A stretch of 64,000 nucleotides of DNA from a virus (Duplodnaviria; Caudoviricetes): the IMG/VR virus record IMGVR_UViG_3300027759_000043, one strand, 5' to 3'. Shown here piece by piece: positions 10,501 to 20,446 of the stretch (positions are counted from its first letter, which is position 1; each line of letters starts with the position of its first letter). The notes under the pieces are model-generated. The model was not told the origin of the DNA and searched no databases. It worked only from the letters and a program-made list of their open reading frames with translations. A program made the position numbers and the translations under genes.

Positions 10501-13500
10501 TGGCACCAAATTGGCTATCAGCAACTGGTGAAGTTACTTCAAGTTGGCCGCTGGTGTGGAATACTTCTTGCTTCTGCACCACTTGCCATAGTCCGTTTTC
10601 GTTACTGTCGATCCAGGCATAACTACCCGCTATCAAATTATTGACATATGGTAGTGTGATAATATCACTACCTTGTGCAACTCGTTGAGTTTGTAGTGTA
10701 AAAGGTGTTCCTATTCCTGTGGCCACAATCTGATCTGTTTGCAAGAAAGAAAAAACAACAGTGACTTGATTGATGTTTGGCACGTTTAATATTCGATACA
10801 CGCCATCTAAACCAGATCCAAAATTTTTGATCAGCAAAATATTGTCTGCAACTAGTCCATGTGCTTGACTAAATGTAACAACTGCTGTGCCGTTGAGATT
10901 GCTATTGATTTGAGTAATCTTGCCGGGTATCTGTGCTGTTCTGTAAATGCCCCAATCGTAGTCGTTGATCTTGGCTACCCATACTATGGTTCCTACATTG
11001 ACGTTGTTTAAATTTCCTGCTAACGAAGCAGTGTTGTCAATGTTGAATACTGTGATATCAACGTCATCAATGTTGACATATCCAGCACTGGGCAATACAG
11101 TATCTGTTACTTTGACCAATGTAGTGGTCAGTATGTCAGGGCTGGTTATCTTGTAACTTTGATTCCACAAGTTGCTGAGTAGCACTGTCTGTTCGGCTAG
11201 ACTTGATTCACCAGGAATGACCACTTGAATCAGACTGGGGTTTGAAGTTAACAACGCTTCGTTTAATCGCATCTCATAGAAACTTCTATTGGCGTTGGCA
11301 CCATATACACCACGTTGTACTGCCCAGTTTTCATAGATTTGATATTCATTGACGCCACGACCAAGGTCAGCAAATGTAAAGATTTCTGCGGCACGCACTG
11401 TGCCTTTTGTTCCAAGGAACTGTCGATACAAGTTGATCTGACTGGTGCTGTCCAAGTTGAGGGCAACCATGTATTCTCTGGGAGTAAAGCCAATCAAATT
11501 GTAGGCAAATAGATCCTGATTTAGTTCCAGGTTGGCTTGATACACATTGTATGTGTTGGCCAACTGATCACTCTTGTTGGGCAAGTTAGGCAACAAGCCT
11601 TGTTGAATCTTGGTGTAGTCACTACGAGTCCACTCATTGAAATCAAACTTTGCTTTGGGTTGCACAATATCAACTGCACTATAATAGAAGTTTTTGTACA
11701 ACACAATTTCGCCGCGAGCATACTTGCGCAGAGGTTGCCATTCTTTTATGTTGTTTTGATTTAATATAAAGCCGGGTGCATTCAGTTGACCGTTCCAATC
11801 TGTGGTAGTTGAACCTATCAGGCGCACTCGGCTTTGTCTAGCACCGGTTGCAGGATAGTAAATCAAGTCAGCAAAAATACTTGCATTGTCCAGCACAACC
11901 ATGTTTTCATATGACGTAAACTTGATGTGGAAATAATTTATAGTATCAGCAGTGAGACTGCGAAGAGTAAATGTATTGTCTAGACGTTCGACCACAAGAT
12001 CTCTAGTGGCAAATGGTGTACGATCAGCATTTAGCACCATGTTCTCTGTGGTTTGTAGTGCAATGCTGTCAACTATGGCGCCAGGCCTTTCCACAATGAC
12101 CTGTGTGGCCCCAGGATTCAAGTTGATAATACTACCCTCGGCCCAGCCTTGACCGCTCCAGTACAGAAATTCGCTGACCATTTGATTCCAGTCAAGCACA
12201 TAACCATTTTCCATTTGGCTGAATACCAGACCTTGTTGTTGCAACAATGCGCCATAACTCAACAAGAAGTCTGCCAATAGTGTTCTATTGGTGAACACAT
12301 AACCGTAAGGAACCTGTACCACTTGATTGCTGTAAGTCACAGGCACGCGAACTTCAAATCCGCCGGCGCTGATTGTTCCTAGTGTGCCATTGACTCGACT
12401 GACCGAAATATTAAAATACGGTTGTGTGGTACTGTAACCGTAGACTGCCCAACCGCTGGCAGTTGATTGCACAATTATACTGCTGTAGGTCAACTGATCA
12501 AAAGGCACATTCTTGTAAAACAACAAGTTGTAACTTTCATCGGGCAACAACAAACTTGAGTTAAGACTGTTGGGACTTGACTTTTCAGTATAAATTTCTA
12601 TTAGATTTTTACCTGTAAAGGCTGCCATTCTGTAGCACAAGCGCACATCAAGATTTTTCAAATCTGCTGTGAGTGCATCAGTAGAATTAATTCCGCTCAC
12701 ACGATTATAGTCCACAATCCAATCAATGTAACTGGCCTTGCTGACCCCATTGCCATATACTTCAACGCCGTTGGCATCTAGTCTATAACGACCATTATAG
12801 AGATATTGCCCAAGTTCTGCGTCGTATTTGTACAAGTCTCGATCAGCAAACAGGCTGAAAAATTCTGCAGGACGTGTTAGTACCAACATTCGCATGATGG
12901 CAAATGGATATGCACTGCTGGTTCTCCAGGCATTCTCCACAGGAGCATCATCACCCACTGCCCAGTTTCTTTGGAAGTTGTTGCTGTTAAAGTTGCCAAC
13001 CACTGTTTCAATAGGAGGTAACAATGCGCCTTCACTTCCAGAAGGGATCACCTGTGTCAATTGGGGTCTTGCATATTGCGGCAACACATAAGGTGCCACT
13101 GGGTCTCGTACTAGGCCTGCAGCCAAGTCATCCCAGAGAACCAAGTTACCTGAGGTATAAGGAGCAGGACCATATTCGTTGATCCACCATACGGGCATCA
13201 CGCTGAAGCCCAACATTTCCCAAGGTCTTGTGTTGGGGCTTATGGTATCATAGAAGTAATTGTAAATGCCGCGCCAGGCTCCAACTGCCAAAGGTTGATT
13301 GTTAGTTAGTTTGTTACTGGCTGTGCTGTAGTTCCAAGTAAATCCATTGTTAGGTAAGTAATCTTGTGATTTGTAATCCAGTTTGTTCCAACCAACCCAG
13401 GTCAAGAAATCTTGACTCTCTATGTCAGTGATCTCTCCCAGCGTATAATCTGTTGTACGGAACTGACCGGGCACAACTTCTGTGGCAGTAAGGGGCACAG

Positions 13501-16500
13501 GATTACCATCCAGTTTTAAGTTACTGTAGATTCTAGTTTCAAATTCCAACAACAATTGATCTCTAAAATCACCAAATGCCACAGTGATTGATCCATCATG
13601 ACCGCGTATGACACGCCTGGGCGTAACATAGGTTGTGTCTAGATATATTTCAGGTACGAATGCAGGATACAATCCTAACTTGGTAGGAGTGTTAGGAACA
13701 AATGTGCCATATGTTTCTGCATATTCTTGAATGGCAACTGTGTCGCCTACTGCCAATGGAATTATAATGGTCAATGTAGGAGCATCAGTGGAGACCACGT
13801 ACTCAATATCTCTCGTGAGCAATCGATCGTTCACATATACCAGCAGTCCCAGATAATTGGCCGAAGTGTAATTATACACCTGTGTTGTATCAAATATTTG
13901 TGTGGAGATTGGTGTGATCACTGTGACAGATTCAGTGTACACATTACCACCAGGCAACATGTCACTCCAGTAGAAAGGATTCGAACTTGTGCGGCCAGCG
14001 ATGAGATCTGTTATGACTGCTGTCAATATTTCGGGCACAGTCATATTCACATAGTCGCCAGATACAGCGGCATTCAGTAACTGTGCTTTGTACTTTTCGT
14101 ATTCTCTTGAGTTGTATTCAAGGCTGGCAAAAATATTGTATTCAGGACTGCGCAAGAAATAACCGGCCAGGGTCATTGGAGAACTCTGTTGCAGTATGCT
14201 CAATCCAAAAGGTACAATGTTGCCTAGATCTCGTGAGTTGTTGGCACCATTAATTTTGCCCGTGAGTCCAATAAGATTTTGGCCAATACTATCATAATGC
14301 GTTCTAATAGTACCCAGTGTGAGATTGTCTGCATTTTGATTGAGAGGATTATTTTCAAGATTGATCGGTACTTGATAAAATCCCACTGCACTGGCTTGAT
14401 CGCTTAGGACCAATACTTCAATCACTTGACCGGGAACAATTACTGTAGTACTAGGGAATGTTATTGTTGTGGTGTTGTCAGTTGTGACATAGGTGTATGT
14501 TCCTGGATCTTGAAAGGTGCTATCAATATACACTTTAACAGACGGAACTGTGTCCACTGGCAAGGCTGCCACGTCCAATAACAAAGGTGTATTGACCGCA
14601 TACACAAAACTAAACTGTTGGTAAATCTTGCTCTTGACCGCGGCTGTTTGCCATCCAAGTTCTCGTTGATAAACTAGTCGGTCGGCATATTGTCTTACAA
14701 AACCTATGCTGACATTTTTTGTATAACTTACGTTATCTTTGACATAGAGAAAAGTATCTGCGTAAAGATTATTGTCAAACACAATATCACCAATGTTGTT
14801 GATACTGAGATAGCGCAACGGAAATCCCAACACAGTGTCATCTAGTCCGGGACCAAGGGCATAACTAAACAATTTGGATCCTGCAAAGGTGCTACTAGGG
14901 TATACCACACGATTACTAAGACTGTAACCATTACTGTCATAGACATCAAACAACGGCGCTTGATTTACGCTGGTCTTTTGTTGTGCTCTAATCCATTGCA
15001 CACCGTCATAGTAAAAACTTATACCTTGCAAAGTATCTCCGCTGAGGCAGACTACTGTTTGATCAACAAGCACGTCAGCATCACTTGCGGGCACTAGATT
15101 AATAACTGGCTCTGAAAATGAACTGCCATCATCACTGAATGTGACAAATTCAACAACATAAATTTTATCCCTGACATCAGGGTCAGTATCCCGGGCAAAG
15201 ATAACTCTGGATCCAGCGATGAATGTGTACCCATCAACACCATAACCCACAGTTCCGTTAATGGTACTGAGAGCATCGGTTGTGGTAAAGTCAATAATGT
15301 CCACGGGCTGTTTGCCTTGTGTGCCCATTTGATACAATCTTGTGCCGCCGCGAAATTCTAAAATAGGCCGCTTGGCCCTAAATGCATTGTCTACAAGAGG
15401 TACAGTGTTATTATACGTGGCCGAGGCTGTGATAACATCAATATGGAACCAGCGATTGCTACGTGTCCAGGCGTTGAGGTCGGGGGAATCCAATGCTATG
15501 GTCAGGTAGTCAGGGACCAAAGGCTGATTCAAACTGGCATCAAAGTTACCCACATCATAAGGAGTTGAATCAAAAGGTACTGTGGCACTTTGTGTAGAAG
15601 TTTCTGGTGTGACATAGTTAACAACTGGCAACAGTTGAATGGCTGTGCCAACTCCGGCCACATAGTATTCCTGATTGGCGTAACTGGTAGGCACAACTGG
15701 TGCAAGAAATTGCACTTTAAGGTTGTTGGTAAACACCACGCCATTGGGACTGGTATAATTCTTTTTGCCTAAAATATCTGTAACAACATTGATAGTTGAA
15801 CTGTCGACTTGATCAACCAATCTAATTTGACCAAATATGTCTGGGTTGGTACCATCTTGGTACCATAATACGTCTTTGATTGCAGTCAGTAACGGAACTT
15901 CAGTGATTGCGCTACTGGCGTCACTGTACCAGGTTGTGCTGGCCCATTTGGTACCAAACAAAATACTGAATTTGGTCAACGTGTTTACTGTGGCAATAGG
16001 AGCCAAATTCACAATAGGCAGACCATCAATATCATAAGTGTATTGTATTTGCCAAACGTTGTTGGTTGGGAAAGTGGGGGAGATTGTGAATACCAGAGTC
16101 TTGTTGTTGAGATTGGTGATTCCATCTATACCACCATAATCAGCAATAATGTCACTAAGATACATGCCATTTAATTGCTCATAACTCAATTCACACAACA
16201 AGTCCACGTTGCCAAGGTTGGTTAAATCATAGTAGAATTGCTGTGCATTTTTAAATGGTACATAGAAACTAACTGTACCCAAGTCTTCACCATTGTTGGA
16301 TACTCCTGCAACAGTTCTACTACTGATGTTAGGAGCGTAAGGTAATTGTCCGTTGATGCCCGGATCGGTTTGAATCCAGAATGCGTTTCCAGTTTGACTC
16401 ACATCAAATGTATAGTTGCCGCCACGTACCAGGGTAATCACAGGGTTGTTACCAATCACACCACTAAAGGTGTAAGCATTGGTAGAGCGGGTGACTGTGA

Positions 16501-16963
16501 AGTTATCTGTTAATGGTATCTCGGTTGCATAAACATCTACTGAATCGGGGCCTGCTGGTAACCAATAGTACTGACTGTAGTTTACAAATTTGTCAAAACT
16601 AACAAACGGATCCCAAGTGTAGTACTCACTGGTATAAAGTCTATCGCTCTTGGTAGTGTTGGCACCTTGAACTGCCAGTGCATCTGTGATGCCTGGATAT
16701 GTGATGGCATCTTGTATGTCAGTGGTGTCAGGTTTGAGACTGATAACACCTGGTTCCAACTGATAGTTGGCTCTAGTGGCATCAGGTTCTAGTACATAGT
16801 AGTCGTTGGGATTGACACCGGGGCCAACCCTACGACCTACATAACCTTGTGTTTTCTTAAATGAAGGCTCTTGGACCAGTTGATCCAGGGTGGCATTTAA
16901 AAATTGTTTGTTGGGAACAGTCTGAAATATATCAGGTAAAAAATCAACAGTGCGTATGGCCAT
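4502..16963 (-). CDS. Giant baseplate/virion structural protein (4153 aa) with FG-GAP-like beta-propeller repeats
   Basis: Uninterrupted 12.46-kb ORF coupled (TAATG) to the gp6-like gene. About seven FG-x-S/A-V...VGAP repeats between ~8280 and ~10520; many beta-rich domains. Confidence 0.75.
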   Translation of the reverse strand: MAIRTVDFLPDIFQTVPNKQFLNATLDQLVQEPSFKKTQGYVGRRVGPGVNPNDYYVLEPDATRANYQLEPGVISLKPDTTDIQDAITYPGITDALAVQGANTTKSDRLYTSEYYTWDPFVSFDKFVNYSQYYWLPAGPDSVDVYATEIPLTDNFTVTRSTNAYTFSGVIGNNPVITLVRGGNYTFDVSQTGNAFWIQTDPGINGQLPYAPNISSRTVAGVSNNGEDLGTVSFYVPFKNAQQFYYDLTNLGNVDLLCELSYEQLNGMYLSDIIADYGGIDGITNLNNKTLVFTISPTFPTNNVWQIQYTYDIDGLPIVNLAPIATVNTLTKFSILFGTKWASTTWYSDASSAITEVPLLTAIKDVLWYQDGTNPDIFGQIRLVDQVDSSTINVVTDILGKKNYTSPNGVVFTNNLKVQFLAPVVPTSYANQEYYVAGVGTAIQLLPVVNYVTPETSTQSATVPFDSTPYDVGNFDASLNQPLVPDYLTIALDSPDLNAWTRSNRWFHIDVITASATYNNTVPLVDNAFRAKRPILEFRGGTRLYQMGTQGKQPVDIIDFTTTDALSTINGTVGYGVDGYTFIAGSRVIFARDTDPDVRDKIYVVEFVTFSDDGSSFSEPVINLVPASDADVLVDQTVVCLSGDTLQGISFYYDGVQWIRAQQKTSVNQAPLFDVYDSNGYSLSNRVVYPSSTFAGSKLFSYALGPGLDDTVLGFPLRYLSINNIGDIVFDNNLYADTFLYVKDNVSYTKNVSIGFVRQYADRLVYQRELGWQTAAVKSKIYQQFSFVYAVNTPLLLDVAALPVDTVPSVKVYIDSTFQDPGTYTYVTTDNTTTITFPSTTVIVPGQVIEVLVLSDQASAVGFYQVPINLENNPLNQNADNLTLGTIRTHYDSIGQNLIGLTGKINGANNSRDLGNIVPFGLSILQQSSPMTLAGYFLRSPEYNIFASLEYNSREYEKYKAQLLNAAVSGDYVNMTVPEILTAVITDLIAGRTSSNPFYWSDMLPGGNVYTESVTVITPISTQIFDTTQVYNYTSANYLGLLVYVNDRLLTRDIEYVVSTDAPTLTIIIPLAVGDTVAIQEYAETYGTFVPNTPTKLGLYPAFVPEIYLDTTYVTPRRVIRGHDGSITVAFGDFRDQLLLEFETRIYSNLKLDGNPVPLTATEVVPGQFRTTDYTLGEITDIESQDFLTWVGWNKLDYKSQDYLPNNGFTWNYSTASNKLTNNQPLAVGAWRGIYNYFYDTISPNTRPWEMLGFSVMPVWWINEYGPAPYTSGNLVLWDDLAAGLVRDPVAPYVLPQYARPQLTQVIPSGSEGALLPPIETVVGNFNSNNFQRNWAVGDDAPVENAWRTSSAYPFAIMRMLVLTRPAEFFSLFADRDLYKYDAELGQYLYNGRYRLDANGVEVYGNGVSKASYIDWIVDYNRVSGINSTDALTADLKNLDVRLCYRMAAFTGKNLIEIYTEKSSPNSLNSSLLLPDESYNLLFYKNVPFDQLTYSSIIVQSTASGWAVYGYSTTQPYFNISVSRVNGTLGTISAGGFEVRVPVTYSNQVVQVPYGYVFTNRTLLADFLLSYGALLQQQGLVFSQMENGYVLDWNQMVSEFLYWSGQGWAEGSIINLNPGATQVIVERPGAIVDSIALQTTENMVLNADRTPFATRDLVVERLDNTFTLRSLTADTINYFHIKFTSYENMVVLDNASIFADLIYYPATGARQSRVRLIGSTTTDWNGQLNAPGFILNQNNIKEWQPLRKYARGEIVLYKNFYYSAVDIVQPKAKFDFNEWTRSDYTKIQQGLLPNLPNKSDQLANTYNVYQANLELNQDLFAYNLIGFTPREYMVALNLDSTSQINLYRQFLGTKGTVRAAEIFTFADLGRGVNEYQIYENWAVQRGVYGANANRSFYEMRLNEALLTSNPSLIQVVIPGESSLAEQTVLLSNLWNQSYKITSPDILTTTLVKVTDTVLPSAGYVNIDDVDITVFNIDNTASLAGNLNNVNVGTIVWVAKINDYDWGIYRTAQIPGKITQINSNLNGTAVVTFSQAHGLVADNILLIKNFGSGLDGVYRILNVPNINQVTVVFSFLQTDQIVATGIGTPFTLQTQRVAQGSDIITLPYVNNLIAGSYAWIDSNENGLWQVVQKQEVFHTSGQLEVTSPVADSQFGASVAQARDNAFAFVGAPGYGDTQSGALYTYVRTSGNPFTQNSIIQCNNPGAYGFGSSVSIGDQTWGAVGAPTSIGSDSSANSGYVATIYRFPNSPTFLLSTLLTVPDATYIDSGSEFGTSVVVSPDEQWLYVGAPGVNQVLAYGLVEVATQLVEYVTDGVQSVYQYNLDVIIDSGEYQQLFVVLNDQLLTYTTDYTVNATTVSLNSTPVKDLVLRIGRRVAKTFTGNGVTQTFSLNEYLYSATNIYSFKVEVNGIIQRPNIDYTFSNSTRNITFDSGHIPTGTIDVSAQSYYDYVETLTPAGLSGGERFGQSISCSTDGRQIMIGCPNDTYDSVADAGAVYIYDRSVQRFIVTDATQTVYQVDTSLVSPTSVMLKNQFLTNTAGNASGDYTVTGTNEITLTVPAAVGDILEIDVNTFSLIQVVGSNVPFQSANFGQAVDLCINNCSLYTGAPQDGSVLPEAGSVERQVNQSRVYGITTSTVNARLNPGNTIRINNMEVALSTPTAWNSALTYTIGTIVEYNQGLWIAIKSVPVGTALSDTTYWQPSSWAAVLAQDIDNSTVPNVIARAGDVPGTQTFGLLTVSVKNTDAAAPGNKLTVLPGLIGNIFDSLGFETFVYTQTISSPYSVAYAGFGSAVNIDTSALTLTVGAPRGNLYRPTTFDGGLTYFDSKTTIFNGPLIQSGAVYTYNYFASTDSSVTNPGKFAFGQQVYDQTVTELDQYGTAVDYTNGILLAGSPGDDLGDSTLIARNYGAVSIFNNPDLSPSWKVTNLQQPVVDVGLINGVFAYDRITSAKTTFFDFIDPLQGKILGAARQNIDYIGAVDPAAYNVGAKNNNGRIWAATHEGQIWWDTNSVRFIDPNQDDIVYAARRWGQIFPGSSIDVYQWIASSVPPANYTGPGIPRNTINYCVTTGLNVTGVFGTTYYFWVKNITTINTAIGKTLSPSGIARYIADPRSSGIPYVAFVSPSATAIYNAVDQISAQDTVLSIEFDRQLTDDNVHVQYDLLPQDRADGFLPDNLYQKLQDSFCGVNVQGALVPDPNLSPAQRYGVLFRPRQSMFADRFTALQNYLEYVNAVLLQYPISETRNFSLLNSSEAEPQAGTGAWNKRVANIEELSYQNLAQVPVGYKYLVVSDSTQNGAWTIYTVTAAKTFATLFLSRVQNYDTRNYWNYVTWYLPGYNSSVKIIAEVANVATLDTLSLAAAPVGSSVKVTANSQGKFEIYLRTDTGWDRVGLQDGTIQFRAELWDYALGRFGFDVEVFDAQYFDQEPVIETRKIIQAINEQLLIGDLLIERNRALILMFNFILSEFEAPEWLTKTSLIDVDHKIRQLVPYQTYQRDNQDFVLNYIQEVKPYHVQIREFNLIYNGLDVYQGSVADFDLPAFYNTTQVPNQYMSPILTPYTLSTATGTGHPSTYSDVAPDSSLWQTQPYSFWFDNYALSIQDVVIADGGSGYTVAPQLIVTGDCVTQATMTAVVNSAGNISQVVVTDPGSGYITTAIITVSGGNGTGGRIVAVMGNNLVRSINTTIKYDRYQYATTIVPWTANVSYPTGTLVRYDNRVWSADATVSSATFDPDNWTLVPASSLSGVDRTMGYYVPGPNEPGLDLPLLIDGVDYPGVQVTAPTFSQNTGFDVGNFDINPFDNISYGPEGEPTYDPAILDAAYESSFLDIYLGTRATDINVVGGEFVGPYESHAPEELVPASVFDTMDFRVYTRQINISYGDGSTTGPYYAPTASLDVEVAVNNVVISPNEYTVDPGDSTVAEVTFNTAPAAGAVIVILEVDPVTGLELRIFQDMRGVQATYRMTPATTTTLIQTLYPDNDIAYVDDAGALAEPDLANNIWGVLTVNGERIMYRERNLLTNTVSSLLRGTAGTAVALHSVGATVYNLNRDNLAPVIYQDHYLGSNTLADGTTTIFTADVNLSLEDSTFDEQAILVYVGGIKQTSGYSVTGDNPVTVEFDTAPTAGYQVTIQVRQGLGWYGPGVYETTGTPLQDSTTLAAQFFRG

Positions 16964-19900
16964 TAGATTACTCCACTGCCAGGTGCAGTTCTAATATTGG
17001 TACTGGTCAATGCAGTAATCACTTCCACGCTACTGACTCCGGCGCCATTTGCAAATATCTCGCTAGGGCCACTGCGTATCTCATATAGGTCACCAAAACT
17101 CTTTAATGGGTCCAGCGGTACCAGCACAACCGAACTTACTACTCCGCCCATGTTGGAATGGATGTAAGCGGCCAATTCTGAGAAATAGAATGTTTGCCCA
17201 AAGTCCCACTTGTCAATACTAAAATAATTGTTCAAATTTGCTACCACTAGATTTTTTATTTCACTTTCGCTGGCTGTACTATCGGCTGCACGAATAACTT
17301 TGATTGTGGCCTGTAATTCTTTAGCGGCCTTGGGACCAAACAATGGTTTGAATACCACGCTGTTTACAATCACATTGTCACTGATCATCTTGTAGTCATT
17401 AAGTCCTTGATAGGCTGTATTAAGTTCATCTATAGTAGGGACATCGGGTTTAGGAACTGTGTCAGTAACATCACGCAACCAATTTTGATAAGCAGTGTAG
17501 TAGGCTTGGTTGACCACATAGAGATCAATAATATTGGTTGTGCCTGGATCAATTCTACTGGTCAATGCGGCGTTGTGTCTGTATTGATAGTACAGGCTTT
17601 GGCGACCAACTCTAGCCAACCAATCACCTGACACTTCCACAAGACTACGAACACCGGTGCCACTAATAACTAGTTCATAGAACGCACCCAGTTGACCGGC
17701 CAATGGACCAACTGTGATGGTTTGATTGTAAGCATAAAATACTTGACCGGGCACGAACTGCGATAATACTACTTCGATGTCGTCTTTGGTGGCATATTCA
17801 GAGACTACACGTCCGGGTTCTACTAACAGGTAGCGTTGCAGATTGTCAAAGTCCACGGTCTTTTCAAAGAATACCAATTTGGTAGTGGGGTTCACTGTGG
17901 GCGCCACAATCTCATCAAAAAAGTCCGGATCATCGGGCACACCATCGCTGTCTGAATCTTGATAACTCACAAACACCTGATAGTCATCAACAAAGCCATC
18001 ACTTTCTACTGGCTGTCCAACAATGGCCATTCGAATGTCGCCAGGTAACGGAACATTTGTATCGGGTCTTGAATTGGTTTTTAATACATTCACAAAGTCA
18101 GCAATCACTGTGCCTGTACGGCTGTCATAAATGCGTTGAGCAGTTTCAAAGAAAAATCTAGTTTGTAGCACGGACCCAAACAAGTAAAACAGCGCACGAC
18201 TGGTCACAGTATATGTGGTGCCGTTAGTAACAAACTGTATCAACCAACTAGCATCTTGGTTGGTTCCCGATGTACTTTGTGCATTGGCCAAACTGAATGG
18301 TGCATCAACTGCTAAATTTGTGCTGGTGATCACGTACCAAGTGGCTGTGGTGTTATCGTAACCCAGTCCAAAATTACGATATAATACGATTTGATTGGTA
18401 ATGTCAGTTATTGTGGTGCTGGGTAAATCTGTCACAAACAGCGGGATAACCTCAACAGGGATAGCACCTGTGGGTACAAAGTTATTGAGTGTAACTGGCC
18501 CTGTGCCATTTGAAAAATTGCCCTGACCTTGATTGGTCCCGTCTAGCACAATTGCAGTGGGACTGGCCCAGATAATCAACTTGTCGTTGTCCTGGCTAGG
18601 TGTTCCTAGTTTGAGTCTGTTGTTGCTGTCAAAGTAGTAGCCGGTAGGGGGTACAAATTGTACCAGAGAACCCACTTGTATGTATTTGCCCACAGTACTA
18701 CTGTAAGTTCCGATGGCAGCAGGAAAACCCAATGCGTTTACAAAGTAACCAGTGGTCTCATTTGCCAGTGTGGTGCTTTGATTCCAGGTGAAGTTCAATA
18801 CTTCAAGATTGGGCCTGGGGAAATTTGCGTAATAGAATTGATCTAATCCAGTAGAAACCAACAAAGGCTGAATGTTGTTTGTGACCACTGTGGCTATGTC
18901 ATTACGTGTGAGCCAGGTGAAGTTAAAAGTGGGCAGTTGATTTTCTTCCCACAAAGCACCATCACTGCCAAAGGTATTGGTACTTGAGTACTTGCCGGTA
19001 TTGTCTACTAGGTCAAGATAACGACTGGTACCAATGCTGGCACGATTCAGTGCGTTACTTTTGATAATTGAGTTGTAAAGAGTAAACGGGAAGTTGCTGT
19101 AGTCTTCACCATTGACCATGCGATTCTGTGTGTAATATCTAGCAGGCGCACGTTGCTTGATTTCATCCAGTGTCTCACGAGGTTGTGCATTGCTCACAGG
19201 TTGTGTGATGCCGCAAGTGAATGTGATAGTTTCAATTTGTCCCGTACGGCTTACATAACTGATGGGTATGACCACACTCTGCATTTCTTCAGGATTGATA
19301 ATGTATCCCAATCCGTTTGATGCGCGAACATAAGCACGGAATGTTCCCACTGGTATGGTACTAAACACACCATCACCAAATGTGAGTGTGATCTGATCAT
19401 TGGTTCTGCTGACCACAGAAAATAATTTTCGTTGATCTGGTGCCAGTTGTTCTGTAGCGGCGGCATACACACTTTGCACATACTGCCATTCAAATTGAAC
19501 ATTGCCCACTGTGTCCAATTGATACAACCAACGATCTTGGTTGTTGACCCCTTCAATATTGATAGGAACTGTACGATTGGCAATACGTTCTCCGAGATTG
19601 AAGTCTTGATTTTGCAACACACCTTGTTTGAAGTAAAAGAAGTAACCTGTATTGGCGCTGGCAAAACCCAGTTGGTCGTTACGGAACAACACATTGAAAA
19701 TACCGTTAGGTAGAGGACTAGGCTCATACACATAGTCTCGGCCTACAGAAGTTGAACTCACTGCTTCAAACGGCATAGCAATGCCGTCCACAGCGGCAGT
19801 ATAAGGAATTACTGGCAAGAATCCAGGAACTAAATTGATACTGTATTCTGATGTGTCAACTCCTACAATAGTTTGTTTGGCACCTGGACGACCCACACGT

Positions 19901-20403
19901 TGTGTGTTGACCAAGGCAGCATTAAGGATAGCAGTAAATTGTTCGACCCAGTTGAAGTTGGTAGGATCGTTCCAGTTTATAGTAACATTGGCTAAATTTA
20001 CACCATTAAAGTCTGTGACATTTTCTGTAGTCTGTACGCTGAATACTTTGAGATAACCTTGTGCGGCTTGATTACGCTTGGGTGTGTAACTGACCAATTC
20101 AGCCAATTTGACCACGCTGTCTCTGCGTTCGGCTGTGCCTAGGTAATTTTCTCTTGTGTTTAAATCATTGCGGAAACTCATGGCCTGCCCCATGAATGCA
20201 ATGACGTCTAGCATGGCAATAAATTCTGAACTTTCAATATAGTCATTGAAACTTTCAGGATAGTATTGACGTATGTAGTCTACAAAACTCTTGCGTAGGG
20301 TTTCAAAGTCATAACTTTGAAAGTCTGCTTCGCGATAGGTTTGATAGATTCTTTTCCAATCCTCAACACCAAATACAACTGTTTGTCTTGTGGTACGTGC
20401 CAT
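16963..20403 (-). CDS. Baseplate wedge subunit, T4 gp6-like
   Basis: 1146 aa. DF..YDFETLRKS..DY...FNDY.ESSE...LD..A N-terminus, ETLDEIKQRAP..YYTQNRMVNGEDY baseplate-J-like motif; directly follows the gp25-like gene. Confidence 0.85.
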   Translation of the reverse strand: MARTTRQTVVFGVEDWKRIYQTYREADFQSYDFETLRKSFVDYIRQYYPESFNDYIESSEFIAMLDVIAFMGQAMSFRNDLNTRENYLGTAERRDSVVKLAELVSYTPKRNQAAQGYLKVFSVQTTENVTDFNGVNLANVTINWNDPTNFNWVEQFTAILNAALVNTQRVGRPGAKQTIVGVDTSEYSINLVPGFLPVIPYTAAVDGIAMPFEAVSSTSVGRDYVYEPSPLPNGIFNVLFRNDQLGFASANTGYFFYFKQGVLQNQDFNLGERIANRTVPINIEGVNNQDRWLYQLDTVGNVQFEWQYVQSVYAAATEQLAPDQRKLFSVVSRTNDQITLTFGDGVFSTIPVGTFRAYVRASNGLGYIINPEEMQSVVIPISYVSRTGQIETITFTCGITQPVSNAQPRETLDEIKQRAPARYYTQNRMVNGEDYSNFPFTLYNSIIKSNALNRASIGTSRYLDLVDNTGKYSSTNTFGSDGALWEENQLPTFNFTWLTRNDIATVVTNNIQPLLVSTGLDQFYYANFPRPNLEVLNFTWNQSTTLANETTGYFVNALGFPAAIGTYSSTVGKYIQVGSLVQFVPPTGYYFDSNNRLKLGTPSQDNDKLIIWASPTAIVLDGTNQGQGNFSNGTGPVTLNNFVPTGAIPVEVIPLFVTDLPSTTITDITNQIVLYRNFGLGYDNTTATWYVITSTNLAVDAPFSLANAQSTSGTNQDASWLIQFVTNGTTYTVTSRALFYLFGSVLQTRFFFETAQRIYDSRTGTVIADFVNVLKTNSRPDTNVPLPGDIRMAIVGQPVESDGFVDDYQVFVSYQDSDSDGVPDDPDFFDEIVAPTVNPTTKLVFFEKTVDFDNLQRYLLVEPGRVVSEYATKDDIEVVLSQFVPGQVFYAYNQTITVGPLAGQLGAFYELVISGTGVRSLVEVSGDWLARVGRQSLYYQYRHNAALTSRIDPGTTNIIDLYVVNQAYYTAYQNWLRDVTDTVPKPDVPTIDELNTAYQGLNDYKMISDNVIVNSVVFKPLFGPKAAKELQATIKVIRAADSTASESEIKNLVVANLNNYFSIDKWDFGQTFYFSELAAYIHSNMGGVVSSVVLVPLDPLKSFGDLYEIRSGPSEIFANGAGVSSVEVITALTSTNIRTAPGSGVI

Positions 20404-20419
20404 AATATTCCGTTTCTTT

Positions 20420-20426
20420 TATTTAT
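20420..20426 (-). promoter_or_regulatory. Late promoter motif ATAAATA
   Basis: Upstream of the gp6-like gene. Confidence 0.65.
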
Positions 20427-20446
20427 TGCAAAAATAAACGGCGTAG

